This document shows, piece after piece, positions 1 through 9,937 of a stretch of DNA of 64,000 bases. The DNA comes from Parcubacteria group bacterium Gr01-1014_8 (GTDB lineage: Bacteria > Patescibacteriota > Minisyncoccia > Phycocordibacterales > UBA2100). Location of the stretch: NCBI GenBank assembly GCA_007376385.1, contig VMGC01000001.1, forward strand, positions 224,001 to 288,000, read 5' to 3'. Position numbers and translations under genes: made by a program. Position 1 is the stretch's first letter, and the number at the start of each line of letters is the position of its first letter. The notes below the pieces were generated by a model. The model was not told where the DNA came from and searched no databases. It saw only the letters and a program-made list of their open reading frames with translations.

Positions 1-333
1 GGTTGGCGAGTCGCAAAACACGTCAAATCTAACGCAATAGTCTATTCCGCGCCTGACCGCACGCTCGGCATCGGCGCGGGGCAAATGAGCCGCATCGATT
101 CCACAAAACTCGCTATCTGGAAGGCCAAGGAAGCCGGCCTCTCACTCCAGGGAAGTGCTCTCGCAAGCGACGCATTCTTTCCGTTTCCTGACGGTCTCAT
201 CGCTGCCGCCGAAGCCGGTGCTACCGCTATCATCCAACCTGGTGGCGCGCTCAAAGATGCCGATGTCATCGCCGCAGCTGATGCGCGAAACCTCGCCATG
301 GTGTTCACCGGCGTTCGGCATTTTAGGCACTAA
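1..333 (+). CDS. purH: Bifunctional AICAR transformylase/IMP cyclohydrolase PurH, C-terminal fragment (5' end lies upstream of the window)
   Basis: Frame 1 is open from nt 1. Translation ...[29 protein letters not shown]...[11 protein letters not shown]...[11 protein letters not shown] matches the conserved PurH C-terminus. Confidence 0.8.
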   Translation, partial: GWRVAKHVKSNAIVYSAPDRTLGIGAGQMSRIDSTKLAIWKAKEAGLSLQGSALASDAFFPFPDGLIAAAEAGATAIIQPGGALKDADVIAAADARNLAMVFTGVRHFRH

Positions 334-337
334 TTCC

Positions 338-760
338 ATGAATGAAAAAGTGAGGATGGTTGAACTTGAGAAAGGAGAGCATGCTTCTGTTATTGGCGTA
401 TCTATTTTTAGAGATAACGCTGAAGGCAAAAAGGAGATTTTACTTGTTAAGGGTCCGTCAGGAAAATGGTATTTTCCGGGAGGGAAGATGCGTAAAGGTG
501 AGAGTATGGATCAATGCGTGAGAAGAGAACTCAAGGAAGAGTTAGGCATCAATTATTCCGGATCCTTCTCGGCTTTTAATATCGGTTCATACGCAATCGG
601 AGGCAAGTTACTCGCAATCGCGAATATAACAGCTCTTGATTCTCTCCCTTCGGAGCCACGCATACAAAAAAGTGATGTCATCCAGGATTTTGTATGGACC
701 ACGAGTCCTTTGGATTATGATTTGACGGAACAAGCTCGCTTCCTCTTGCAAATCAGATGA
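338..760 (+). CDS. NUDIX hydrolase
   Basis: Nudix box GGKMRKGESMDQCVRRELKEELGI (GX5EX7REUXEEXGU). The start is placed at ATG 338 (MNEKVRMVELEK). The longer listed ORF from 155 overlaps purH in another frame. Confidence 0.7.
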   Translation: MNEKVRMVELEKGEHASVIGVSIFRDNAEGKKEILLVKGPSGKWYFPGGKMRKGESMDQCVRRELKEELGINYSGSFSAFNIGSYAIGGKLLAIANITALDSLPSEPRIQKSDVIQDFVWTTSPLDYDLTEQARFLLQIR

Positions 761-849
761 GCAGTTCTCTCCTTATCGAGAAAAAGCAGACCAGGAGTTA
801 GCAGAAGGAGTGTTGATTTAAGCCTTCCCTAGAGGCATACTAAGCCGTC

Positions 850-2175
850 ATGTGGAAAACTAGGCTTATAGCATTGGGGCTTCTGGCTTTTGGCGCCCTT
901 GTTGGCTGGTACGTGTATAGCTCTGAAATCAGCGGCTCGCGGCCGTTCCGTCTTGGGCTCGATCTCTCAGGGGGTACCCAGCTTGTCTACAAGGCGGATC
1001 TCAGTGAAATAAACCCCACGAACACGAACGATTCGATGGCTTCGCTTCGCGACACCATCGAAAGACGAGTGAACCTTTTCGGTGTGGCTGAGCCTATAGT
1101 CCAGACTGAAAAAGGCGGTGCGCTTGCAGGAGAAACAGAGGAGCGGCTTATCGTTGAACTTCCGGGTGTCACCGACACAGAAGCGGCCATCGCGATGATA
1201 GGGCAAACGCCATCGCTTGAATTTCGCCTGTTGAAAAAGGATATGCAAAGTCCGCCAGAGGGAACTCCGCTCGAGCCAATAAAAGATCTTTTTGAACCTG
1301 CATCCGTTACGGGCAAGCATGTCGAACATGCGGAACTTCAATTCGGAAATGGGGGTGGCGGCCTCTCAAACGAGCCTGTCGTAGTCCTCAATTTCAACGA
1401 CGAGGGGAAGCAATTATTTGCTGATCTTACTCGCACAAACGTGGGTCGTCCGTTCGGCATCTTTCTCGACAACGTACTCATCTCTATTCCCGTGATCCGT
1501 GAAGCTATTCCGGATGGGACCGCTGTCATTTCCGGTAATTTCACGCCTGAATCAGCCCGCGAACTCGTTCGCAATTTGAATTTCGGCGCGCTCCCGGTTC
1601 CCATCGAACTCTTAACTACTGAAACTGTAGGCGGCACGCTCGGAGGAAAAGCAGTAGAGAGCGGCCTTATGGCAGGCCTTGGCGGCGTCATTGCGGTCAT
1701 CGTTTTCATGCTCCTCTGGTACCGGCTCCCTGGATTATTGGCGTCACTCGCGCTTACGCTCTATGTCCTCCTCTCGCTCGCAGTCTTTAAGCTCATTCCT
1801 GTTACGCTAACCGCCGCCGGCATCGCTGCTTTTATTCTATCTATCGGTATGGCGGTTGATGCGAACGTGCTCATCTTTGAGCGTATGAAAGAAGAGATGA
1901 AGAAAGGAAAGAACGCACACGATTCCATCAAAGATGGATTTGCGCGTGCATGGCTCTCCATTCGCGACTCGAATATCTCGAGCATCATTACCGCCATCAT
2001 TCTCTTCTGGTTCGGCACGTCGCTCGTGAAAGGCTTTGCGCTGGTGTTCGGACTCGGTGTCATAATTTCTATGCTTACAGCCATCTCCGTGTCACGCACA
2101 TTTTTGCTTGCCCTTGGCGTTTCAACTGAGAGCAGGCTTGGCCGCTGGTTTCTTAGCAGCGGCTTCTCTCGATAA
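850..2175 (+). CDS. secD: Protein translocase subunit SecD
   Basis: N-terminal TM, LDLSGGTQLVYKAD motif, periplasmic domain and C-terminal six-TM core typical of SecD. Confidence 0.9.
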   Translation: MWKTRLIALGLLAFGALVGWYVYSSEISGSRPFRLGLDLSGGTQLVYKADLSEINPTNTNDSMASLRDTIERRVNLFGVAEPIVQTEKGGALAGETEERLIVELPGVTDTEAAIAMIGQTPSLEFRLLKKDMQSPPEGTPLEPIKDLFEPASVTGKHVEHAELQFGNGGGGLSNEPVVVLNFNDEGKQLFADLTRTNVGRPFGIFLDNVLISIPVIREAIPDGTAVISGNFTPESARELVRNLNFGALPVPIELLTTETVGGTLGGKAVESGLMAGLGGVIAVIVFMLLWYRLPGLLASLALTLYVLLSLAVFKLIPVTLTAAGIAAFILSIGMAVDANVLIFERMKEEMKKGKNAHDSIKDGFARAWLSIRDSNISSIITAIILFWFGTSLVKGFALVFGLGVIISMLTAISVSRTFLLALGVSTESRLGRWFLSSGFSR

Positions 2176-2180
2176 AAGTT

Positions 2181-3089
2181 ATGCTGATTGTCACCTACAG
2201 AAATGTTTTCTTTGCAATAACGGGACTGTTCGTGGTTGTTTCGATTGCCGCGGTTCTCATTTTTGGATTGAAACTTGGTACAGATTTTACAGGGGGCGTC
2301 CTTGCGGAGGCTCGGTACGAGAACAGCCGCCCCTCTGTTGAAGAACTATCCGTATCGCTTCGCGAAGCAGGATACAGCGGCTTTGCGATTCGAGAAGCCA
2401 AAGACAACGGATACATTGTTCGCGCAGGAAACATTTCAAGCGAAATGCGCGCATCGCTTCCGCAAACGCTTTCCATAAACGGTGCGTATCCCGCGACAAT
2501 GGAGCGTTTTTCCGAGATAGGACCCACTATAGGGGTTGAACTTCGAAACAAATCTCTTATTGCCATATCGCTCGTTCTTCTTGCCATTCTGCTCTACATT
2601 GCCCTTGTCTTTCGAAAAGTCTCGAAGCCGGTGTCTTCGTGGATATATGGGCTTATCGCTCTTGTGACCTTAGTTCACGATGTCATCGTGCCTATAGGCT
2701 TTTTTGCGGTGCTCGGGTACGTGTTTGGGGCTCAAGTTGATACGTTGTTTGTAACTGCGGTCCTTACAATTCTCGGCTTTTCTGTTCACGATACGATAGT
2801 TGTATTCGACCGAGTGCGAGAGAATCTTCGTCTCAATCATGAAGCGAATCGGAGAGAAGATTTTGAGCTTACTGCTGGAAGGAGTTTGCAGCAGACATTT
2901 GTCCGTTCGGTGAATACGTCAGTGACGGTCTTGATTTCCCTCGGAGTTCTTTTCTTTGTGGGTCCAGAGAGCACGCAAGATTTTGCGCTAACTCTCATTG
3001 TCGGCATTATCGCAGGAACGTTCTCTTCTATCGCGCTTGCGACACCGCTTTTGGTTACGGTAGAAAAGTGGCGTCGTAAGGACAAATAA
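2181..3089 (+). CDS. secF: Protein translocase subunit SecF
   Basis: Lies immediately downstream of secD. SecF-type TM core (LGTDFTGG..., FDRVRENL). Confidence 0.9.
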   Translation: MLIVTYRNVFFAITGLFVVVSIAAVLIFGLKLGTDFTGGVLAEARYENSRPSVEELSVSLREAGYSGFAIREAKDNGYIVRAGNISSEMRASLPQTLSINGAYPATMERFSEIGPTIGVELRNKSLIAISLVLLAILLYIALVFRKVSKPVSSWIYGLIALVTLVHDVIVPIGFFAVLGYVFGAQVDTLFVTAVLTILGFSVHDTIVVFDRVRENLRLNHEANRREDFELTAGRSLQQTFVRSVNTSVTVLISLGVLFFVGPESTQDFALTLIVGIIAGTFSSIALATPLLVTVEKWRRKDK

Positions 3090-3092
3090 ACT

Positions 3093-3830
3093 ATGCGCGT
3101 TGGCTCGGTCGGTATCATTGGGTACGGTAATTTTGGCGCGTTTTTACACGTGCTATTGAAGCGTTTTGCGCCGCAGATCACCGTCCGCGTCTTCACGCCA
3201 GAAAAGAAACCAGATGGCGCCACATTCTTTTCGATGGAAGAAGCGGCTGTGTCAGACGTTGTTGTGCTTGCTGTTCCTATCAGCGAATTTGAGAACGTAT
3301 TGGAGGATGTATTGCCACACGTCAAAGAGACCAGTGTCATCGTGGATGTCGCCACCGTGAAAATGCATACCGCAGATGTGCTCAAGCGGCTCGCGCCACA
3401 TAGGTCATATATTGCAACTCATCCGATATTCGGGCCCGAGAGCTATGCAAAACGGGAGGGGAACGTATCCGGTTTCAGAGTCGTCATTACGGACCATACC
3501 CTGTCAAAAGATGTGTACAAGGCTACTGTATCGTTCTTAAGGAAAACAGGTTTTGCGGTCATTGAAGTGAGCGCGGATGAACATGATAAACGCTTGGCAC
3601 AAACGCTCTTCTTGACACATTTTATCGGGCAAACCATCACTGAAGCAGAATTTGACAGAACTGACATCGACTCGGTTTCATTCGGATTTCTGATGGATGC
3701 TGTAGAGAGCGTTAAGCACGACAAGCAATTATTTCAAGATGTCTATCGCTACAACCCGCACTGCAAGGCGACATTGGACCGGTTTGAAAAGGCAGAAGCA
3801 AACGTGCGCCGGATGCTCGATAAAAGCTAG
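3093..3830 (+). CDS. tyrA: Prephenate/arogenate dehydrogenase (TyrA family)
   Basis: N-terminal NAD-binding GIIGYGNFGAFL. Size and aromatic-pathway context fit the TyrA family. Confidence 0.6.
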   Translation: MRVGSVGIIGYGNFGAFLHVLLKRFAPQITVRVFTPEKKPDGATFFSMEEAAVSDVVVLAVPISEFENVLEDVLPHVKETSVIVDVATVKMHTADVLKRLAPHRSYIATHPIFGPESYAKREGNVSGFRVVITDHTLSKDVYKATVSFLRKTGFAVIEVSADEHDKRLAQTLFLTHFIGQTITEAEFDRTDIDSVSFGFLMDAVESVKHDKQLFQDVYRYNPHCKATLDRFEKAEANVRRMLDKS

Positions 3831-4969
3831 AGGTATTCGTCAATATTGTCTACGTTGATGCAAATACTGGCGCGCACATAGCGCTCACCGTTCGTCCCAT
3901 ATGCACTGCCAGGTGTAAAGAGCACTTGTTTTTCTTTGAGCAAGTCCATGCAAAAAGTCTCTGAATCTTTTGCCGAGTCAGGTATTTTCGCCCAAATATA
4001 GAGGCTTCCTTTCGGGATTTCCAAGATGAGCCCCAGTTTTTTCATTTTCTCAGCGATGACATCACGGCGTTTTTGATAGGAAGAAAGCATTGCCGCGTGC
4101 CACTTTTCGTCACGATTATTCAGGGCGTATGCGCCGAGGAGTTGCAAGGGAAGCGACATGCCGGAATCCATTTGCGACTTCACCTTCTGCATAGCCGCAA
4201 TGATGTCTTTATTTCCAACTATCCAGCCCATCCGGAAACCTGCAAACGAGAACGTCTTTGAAAATGATCCTATTTCGACGCAATGTTCTTTTGCGCCTGC
4301 AACCTGAAGAATACTCGGCGCGACGAACCCATCGAATGTTATTTCTGCGTATGCGTTGTCATAAATAATTGGGAGGTCGTGCTTTTTTGAGAACGCCGTG
4401 ATTTCTTTGAGCTCATCGAGCGATGCAACGGCTCCGGTCGGGTTTCCGGGGAAATTCACCCACATGTATTTTGTTTTGTTCGTGATTTGCCTTGCAACAG
4501 AATCAAACATCGGCTTGAAATCATGTTCTGGCAGCAAGTCGTAATAATTGGAAGTAACTCCGAACATTGGACCTGGTTCGCTGAAAGGGGGATATCCAGG
4601 GTTCGGCGCCAGTACGTTGTCGCCTTCGTCTGCCAAGGCAAGAGGTAAGTGGCTAATCCCATCTTTACCGCCCAGTAGCGGCAGCACTTCATCATCCTCG
4701 AGCACAACATCGAATCGTTTCTTGTACCATGCTCGCACTGCATCATTGAATTCTTTGACGCCTTTATATCCGGGGTAGAGATGCGCTTTTGGGTCCCGGA
4801 CAAACTCAAAGAATTTCTGGATATACTTCTCACTCGGTGGAAAATCTGGGCTTCCCGGACCGAAGTTCAAGACTTTTCTCGCAGTCGCTTTTTCAGTTTC
4901 TACTACAGCTCTATTTAGTCTCGAAAAGATGTATTCAGGAAACTTCTCGACACGGTTCGCGATTCTCAT
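3827..4969 (-). CDS. Class I/II PLP-dependent aminotransferase (candidate aromatic/aspartate aminotransferase)
   Basis: SFSKTFSFAGFRMGW PLP-lysine region and NPGNPTG-like motif (NFPGNPTG). It overlaps the chorismate mutase gene upstream on the same strand. Confidence 0.75.
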   Translation of the reverse strand: MRIANRVEKFPEYIFSRLNRAVVETEKATARKVLNFGPGSPDFPPSEKYIQKFFEFVRDPKAHLYPGYKGVKEFNDAVRAWYKKRFDVVLEDDEVLPLLGGKDGISHLPLALADEGDNVLAPNPGYPPFSEPGPMFGVTSNYYDLLPEHDFKPMFDSVARQITNKTKYMWVNFPGNPTGAVASLDELKEITAFSKKHDLPIIYDNAYAEITFDGFVAPSILQVAGAKEHCVEIGSFSKTFSFAGFRMGWIVGNKDIIAAMQKVKSQMDSGMSLPLQLLGAYALNNRDEKWHAAMLSSYQKRRDVIAEKMKKLGLILEIPKGSLYIWAKIPDSAKDSETFCMDLLKEKQVLFTPGSAYGTNGERYVRASICINVDNIDEYL

Positions 4970-5244
4970 AGTTTTATGTTCTTTTGGATTGCGACGGAGT
5001 TTTTGTGGATCCTAGAGAAGATCTCATTTGCGAGTTTTGTCGATATCTTCATCGCTTTCGCCATGGCGATCCGTGATTTTATGAGCTGCGTTTTTCGTGT
5101 CTTATCGAGCGCTCTCATTCCTTTCTCGAGCTTATATTTGCCTATCACTTTCGAGAGCTTAGCCCGCTTTGCGAGCGCAGAAAGGATAATGGTGTCCACG
5201 GTGTCTATCTCTTTTCTCAGGCTTTCCAGTTCTTTCTTCTGCAT
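4966..5244 (-). CDS. Chorismate mutase (AroQ class)
   Basis: 92 aa. LRKEIDTVDTIILSALAKRAKLSKVIGKYK is the AroQ helix-1 signature. Its stop overlaps the start of the aminotransferase. Confidence 0.7.
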   Translation of the reverse strand: MQKKELESLRKEIDTVDTIILSALAKRAKLSKVIGKYKLEKGMRALDKTRKTQLIKSRIAMAKAMKISTKLANEIFSRIHKNSVAIQKNIKL

Positions 5245-5284
5245 AGTTCAGAATGTAGCGTATTTGGGGGCTTTTGTCGCGCCT

Positions 5285-5570
5285 ACGTTGACAGAGGGAA
5301 GAAATGGGGTAGAGTCTGGTGAGTTAAAGCTGTTCAGGTCCCGTCCGCCAGTTGGCGGAGGGGGTTGGGCCTGGATTCCTTAAGTGGGAAAGTGGTCATT
5401 GCGTAAGTGGTGACTCGGACTCCTCCGTAATCAGGATAACTGATGTCCACCAGCTGGCGGAGTCAGCGAAAGTCCGCCTCTGGCGGAAAAGTAAGGTGGC
5501 ACCGTGTCGAGAGACGCCCTTACATCGTAACGAATAGTTGCGGCGTGAGGGCGTTTTTTATTAGAAACTG
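5285..5570 (+). promoter_or_regulatory. Candidate T-box leader (Trp-specific) upstream of trpE
   Basis: AAGUAAGGUGGCACCGUGU at about 5488-5507 matches the T-box core AGGGUGGNACCGCG with N=C (it would pair with the G73 discriminator of tRNA-Trp). UGG triplets occur in the putative stem I (GAAAUGGGG at about 5300). A terminator hairpin GACGCCC...GGGCGU plus a U6 run ends at 5569. The position in front of the trp operon fits. Confidence 0.45.
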
Positions 5571-5702
5571 TCCAAAAAAGTCCAATTGCGTCGTTGCGAG
5601 CTGTGGTACTCCCTCACAATACGTCATGTATTGTTCGGTTCGTTCCTCGCTCGCGCCTAGCATTCGGAGCTTTTTGAAACAGTTTCGGGGCATCAGAACA
5701 GC

Positions 5703-7049
5703 ATGAAAATTCCAAAAATAAAATTAGGGCAAAAACCGACTTACGTGAAGATCGCGGAGGATGTGGATTTCTTTGATTTGTTCAAAAAGGTGGAAGAGCA
5801 TTTTGAAACGTGCTTTATTTTCGAATCACTCGGAGAAGAGGGAAAATTCTCTCGCTATTCCATTATCGGTTTCGATCCAGCTCACGTGGTATCTGCCCGC
5901 GAGAAGATACTTACATTTGATGGCGAACGATACGATGTAGAAAATCCATACGCTGCTTTGAGGCAGATCATGCCGAGGCAAACCATTGCGCGGAATTACG
6001 CAGGGGGGCTCATCGGGTATTTAAGCTACGAGGCAGTGAACTATTTTGAGCCGAAGGTTTCGGTGAAGGTTCATGATTCATTCGAGCAATTCATGTTCGG
6101 CGTTTATTTAGACGGGCTCATACTGGACAAACTTACGAACGAGCTTTTTTACTTTTACTATGACAATGATAGAAGCGGCACTCTTAAGGAAGTAATGCAT
6201 AGAGTTCCCAATAAGAAATCGTTCACAGCGGAATTTATTAAGGATGGTCTCACCCAGAAAGAACATGCGACGATAGTAGAGCGCGTCAAAGAACATATTC
6301 GAGCGGGAAATACGTTCCAGTGCGAGGTCGGTTTCAAGAGCGCGTACAAGGTAGGTGGGGACGTTGTCGCTATTTACGAGAAGTTGCGGGATGTAAATCC
6401 TTCTCCTTTTATGTATCATCTCAAGTTCGGGGCAAAACACATCATCGGGGCAAGTCCCGAGCTTTTATTTTCTCTTCGAGACGGTGAAATGACGACGCGT
6501 CCTCTTGCGGGAACTATTCGTCGCGGAAGGGATGACAAAGAGGACCAGCTGCTCGCAAGAAAGCTTCTTAGCGATCCCAAAGAGCGAGCGGAGCATACGA
6601 TGCTCGTTGATATGCATCGGAATGACATCGGGCGTGTTGCGAGGTTTGGCACCGTCCGCGTCAAAGATCTGATGACAGTCAAGAAGTTTAGCCACGTACA
6701 GCACATGTCGAGCGAAGTCGTCGGCGTCATACGGCCGGGCGAGGACATGTTCTCGGGGCTCCAGAGCAATTTTCCAATGGGAACGATTTGCGGCACGCCG
6801 AAAGTGGAGACGCTGAAGATAATAGATGCAAATGAGCCTGAAGCGCGCGGACCGTATGGTGGAGGCGTTGGGCATTTTGGATTCAACGGTGACTGCACAT
6901 TCGCGCTTACACTTCGTTCAGTATTCATACACAACTCCAACGCATATACGCAGACATGCGGCGGAATCGTGTACGACTCGACACCGGAGAATGAATATGA
7001 GGAAATTCAAAGAAAATCAGCTGCGATGAAAAAAGTACTTGGCGTATGA
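5703..7049 (+). CDS. trpE: Anthranilate synthase component I
   Basis: 448 aa. Chorismate-binding domain (LAGTIRRGRD..., GTICGTPK, PYGGGVGHFGFNGD). Confidence 0.9.
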   Translation: MKIPKIKLGQKPTYVKIAEDVDFFDLFKKVEEHFETCFIFESLGEEGKFSRYSIIGFDPAHVVSAREKILTFDGERYDVENPYAALRQIMPRQTIARNYAGGLIGYLSYEAVNYFEPKVSVKVHDSFEQFMFGVYLDGLILDKLTNELFYFYYDNDRSGTLKEVMHRVPNKKSFTAEFIKDGLTQKEHATIVERVKEHIRAGNTFQCEVGFKSAYKVGGDVVAIYEKLRDVNPSPFMYHLKFGAKHIIGASPELLFSLRDGEMTTRPLAGTIRRGRDDKEDQLLARKLLSDPKERAEHTMLVDMHRNDIGRVARFGTVRVKDLMTVKKFSHVQHMSSEVVGVIRPGEDMFSGLQSNFPMGTICGTPKVETLKIIDANEPEARGPYGGGVGHFGFNGDCTFALTLRSVFIHNSNAYTQTCGGIVYDSTPENEYEEIQRKSAAMKKVLGV

Positions 7050-7642
7050 AAATACTTATCATAGATAATTACGATTCGTTCACCTACAACCTCTATCAAC
7101 TGGTGGGGGAAATTTTGAAAGCAGAACAAGGAGATTTCACTATTGATGTTGTGCGCAACGATGAGATAACCCTCGATGAAATACAAAGGCGCGCGTACGA
7201 CAGAATAATCATCTCCCCAGGGCCAGGTGACCCGAGTGACAAACACTATTTTGGTGTGTGTGCCGATGTCATCTTGCATGTTGGCAAAAAGACGCCAATT
7301 CTCGGTGTGTGCCTTGGAATGCAAGGAATTGCGCACTATTTTGGCGGGAAGGTTGTTCGCGCAAAAGTACCGATGCATGGCAAGACAAGTGAAATAGAGC
7401 ACGATGAAAAAGGTGTCTTTGCAGGACTTCCGCAGGGTCTCGAAGTCATGCGTTACCACTCGTTGGTGGCGGAAAAAGAATCACTGCCTAGTTCGCTTGT
7501 CGTCACATCAACGGCGAAAGATTCTGGTGAGATAATGGGACTTCGCCATGTGAAATATCCGATAGAAGGTATTCAATTCCATCCAGAGTCATTTGCAACA
7601 GAAGGAGGAAAAAGACTTCTGGAAAATTTCTTGAAGGTATGA
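7046..7642 (+). CDS. trpG: Anthranilate synthase component II (glutamine amidotransferase)
   Basis: Class I GATase (GVCLGMQ, HPES). Start overlaps the trpE stop. Confidence 0.85.
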   Translation: MKILIIDNYDSFTYNLYQLVGEILKAEQGDFTIDVVRNDEITLDEIQRRAYDRIIISPGPGDPSDKHYFGVCADVILHVGKKTPILGVCLGMQGIAHYFGGKVVRAKVPMHGKTSEIEHDEKGVFAGLPQGLEVMRYHSLVAEKESLPSSLVVTSTAKDSGEIMGLRHVKYPIEGIQFHPESFATEGGKRLLENFLKV

Positions 7643-8649
7643 TACTGGACTTATTAAAGAAACTCGTTGAGAAAAAAGACCTGACTGTTTCGGAGTCGGA
7701 GCAATTCCTATTGGAAGTGATGAAAGGGGGAGTGAGCCCGACATGTATCGCAAGTATTCTCGTTGCACTGCGAATGAAAGGCGAGTCAGTTGATGAGATA
7801 GTCGGATTCCTCCGCGCGATGCGCGCGAACATGCTGAAAGTGAATGCGCCGGACGCGATTGATATCGTAGGAACCGGTGGGGACGGAAGCGGCACGTTCA
7901 ATATCTCGACTACCGCGGCTTTTGTGGTTGCAGGGGTGGGAGTAAAAGTGGCAAAGCACGGTAACCGTGCGGCAAGCAGCAAGTGCGGAAGCGCGGATGT
8001 TTTGGAAGCACTTGGCGTGAATATTCAGCTTACGAAGGAACAGGCGGAAGAAGTGTTTAAAAATGTCGGGCTCGTCTTTATGATGGCGCCTCTGTATCAC
8101 CCCGCGATGAAAGAGGTTGCCGCCGTCAGAGAAGAATTAAAGATACGAACTGTTTTTAATGTCCTAGGTCCATTCGCGAACCCTGCTTCGACGCAAACAC
8201 AATTAACTGGTGTTCCGAATAAGGCCATCGCAAAGAAATTGGCGGAGGTCGGCAAGCGGCTTGGCTACAAACGACTTCTCGTTGTCTCGAGCAATGATGG
8301 GATGGACGAGATAAGTTTGTCGTCAAAGACACATATGTTCGATGTCTATCGCGGCAAAGTAAAGAAATCGCTTATCGACCCGAAAAGATATGGATTCAAG
8401 CGCTCATCCAAGAAAGATATTCTTGGTGGGGATGCAACCGAGAACGCAGCTATTATCCGAGCGATTTTGAGTGGTGGAAGCGGGGCACAGCGTGACGTCG
8501 TTGTCTTTAACAGCGCGTTCGCGCTCTATGCTGCTGGCGCAGCCGCTTCAATTCAAGAGGGAATAGAGAAAGCTAAGCAGTCTATTGATAGCGGCAGCGC
8601 GCTTCGCGTATTAGAGTCATTGATACGGGAGACACAGAACTTCGCGTAA
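7639..8649 (+). CDS. trpD: Anthranilate phosphoribosyltransferase
   Basis: GTGGDGSGTFNISTTAAFVVAG and KHGNRAASSKCGSADVLEALG motifs. Confidence 0.9.
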   Translation: MILDLLKKLVEKKDLTVSESEQFLLEVMKGGVSPTCIASILVALRMKGESVDEIVGFLRAMRANMLKVNAPDAIDIVGTGGDGSGTFNISTTAAFVVAGVGVKVAKHGNRAASSKCGSADVLEALGVNIQLTKEQAEEVFKNVGLVFMMAPLYHPAMKEVAAVREELKIRTVFNVLGPFANPASTQTQLTGVPNKAIAKKLAEVGKRLGYKRLLVVSSNDGMDEISLSSKTHMFDVYRGKVKKSLIDPKRYGFKRSSKKDILGGDATENAAIIRAILSGGSGAQRDVVVFNSAFALYAAGAAASIQEGIEKAKQSIDSGSALRVLESLIRETQNFA

Positions 8650-8656
8650 CTAACCT

Positions 8657-9937
8657 ATGATCAGTGTTCAACTACAGCCGCTAACTGGCCCCGCCAATAC
8701 GAGCGTCGATATACCCGGCTCTAAAAGCTATACAAACCGCGCACTCCTCATGGCGACGATGTGCCGTGAGGCTGTTCGGATCCTTAAACCGCTGGTGAGT
8801 GACGACACGAGGGCGATGCTCAACTGTTTAAAGACTCTTGGTATCAAGGTTGAGGAAAAGAGCGACGAGATAACGGTGATAGGGCATATAACGGACGTGA
8901 AGAATCAGGACTACGAACTTGATGCCGACCTCTCAGGCACAACGATTCGATTTATGCTCGCCCTTTCATGTGTTTTGCCCGGTGTTCAAACATTGGTTGG
9001 AAAAGAAGGTCTCAACAAGCGCCCTATCAAGGATCTCGTTGATGGTCTTAGACAGCTCGGTGCAAAGATAGAATACCTTGAAAAAGAAGGCTTTCCGCCT
9101 CTTCGAGTTTCTTCGTATGAATTGAATCCCGGGACTATCCGCCTGAAGGGAGGGGTAAGCAGTCAATTTTTGTCTGCCATTTTGATGATTGTTCCGCAGG
9201 TGGGGGATGTCACGCTCGAGGTCGAGGGTGAGCAAATATCAAAGCCCTACATAGACATGACAATAGATACTATGTCGCGCTTCGGTGTATCAGTTGCTAA
9301 TTTGAACTACCAGCGGTACCGCGTCTCGGTTGGACAGGTCTACCAAGGTACTGAATATACGGTCGAAGGGGACGTTTCGAGCGCTTCGTACTTCGCTGCG
9401 ATTGCCGCGCTCACGAAGTCTCGCATAACGCTCGCGAACATGAATCCGCAGTCCGTGCAGGCTGACATGCATTTTTTTCACATTCTTGAGGACATGGGCG
9501 CGTCTGTCAGCTATGAGAAAGACAGAATAGTCGTGGTGGGAAATGGCGTGATGCCAATGGAAGTAGATATGGAAAATTGTCCCGACCAGGCTCAAACAAT
9601 GGCGGTTCTCTCTGCGTTTGCTCCGGGCGTAACGAAACTTTCTGGGGTGCGCTCGCTTCGTCTGAAAGAGACAGAAAGGGTGAAAGCGCTTGAAGCGGAG
9701 CTTGCGAAGATGGGCATCAAGACCGAATCAACTGAAGATATGCTCACGATATACGGAGGTTCGCCAAAAGCCGCAGCAATAGACACCTACGGCGACCACA
9801 GGATGGCAATGTCTTTCGCGGTTGCGGGGGCAATGCTTGATGGCATGCAAATAAACGATTTCGGCGTTGTAGGAAAGACATTTCCTCAATTTTGGGAGAA
9901 ACTCGAATCAATTGGAGTCGGAGTAAAAAGGGTATGA
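8657..9937 (+). CDS. aroA: 3-phosphoshikimate 1-carboxyvinyltransferase (EPSP synthase)
   Basis: GSKSYTNRALLMA, LNKRPI and DHRMAMSFAVAG motifs. Embedded inside the trp gene string. Confidence 0.9.
   Translation: MISVQLQPLTGPANTSVDIPGSKSYTNRALLMATMCREAVRILKPLVSDDTRAMLNCLKTLGIKVEEKSDEITVIGHITDVKNQDYELDADLSGTTIRFMLALSCVLPGVQTLVGKEGLNKRPIKDLVDGLRQLGAKIEYLEKEGFPPLRVSSYELNPGTIRLKGGVSSQFLSAILMIVPQVGDVTLEVEGEQISKPYIDMTIDTMSRFGVSVANLNYQRYRVSVGQVYQGTEYTVEGDVSSASYFAAIAALTKSRITLANMNPQSVQADMHFFHILEDMGASVSYEKDRIVVVGNGVMPMEVDMENCPDQAQTMAVLSAFAPGVTKLSGVRSLRLKETERVKALEAELAKMGIKTESTEDMLTIYGGSPKAAAIDTYGDHRMAMSFAVAGAMLDGMQINDFGVVGKTFPQFWEKLESIGVGVKRV

Noticed and set aside
155-760. 201-aa ORF beginning at 155
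   Set aside because: Its first 61 codons overlap the purH C-terminus in a different frame. The NUDIX homology begins at the internal Met (338), so the N-terminal extension was discarded.
967-2099. Antisense ORFs (124, 109, 123, 112 aa) within secD
   Set aside because: They are embedded on the opposite strand of a well-supported secD gene and are typical GC-skew artefacts. They have no motifs.
5352-5706. Two small ORFs (61 and 87 aa) in the trpE leader
   Set aside because: They overlap the putative T-box RNA structure and terminator. They have no motifs and are more likely non-coding.
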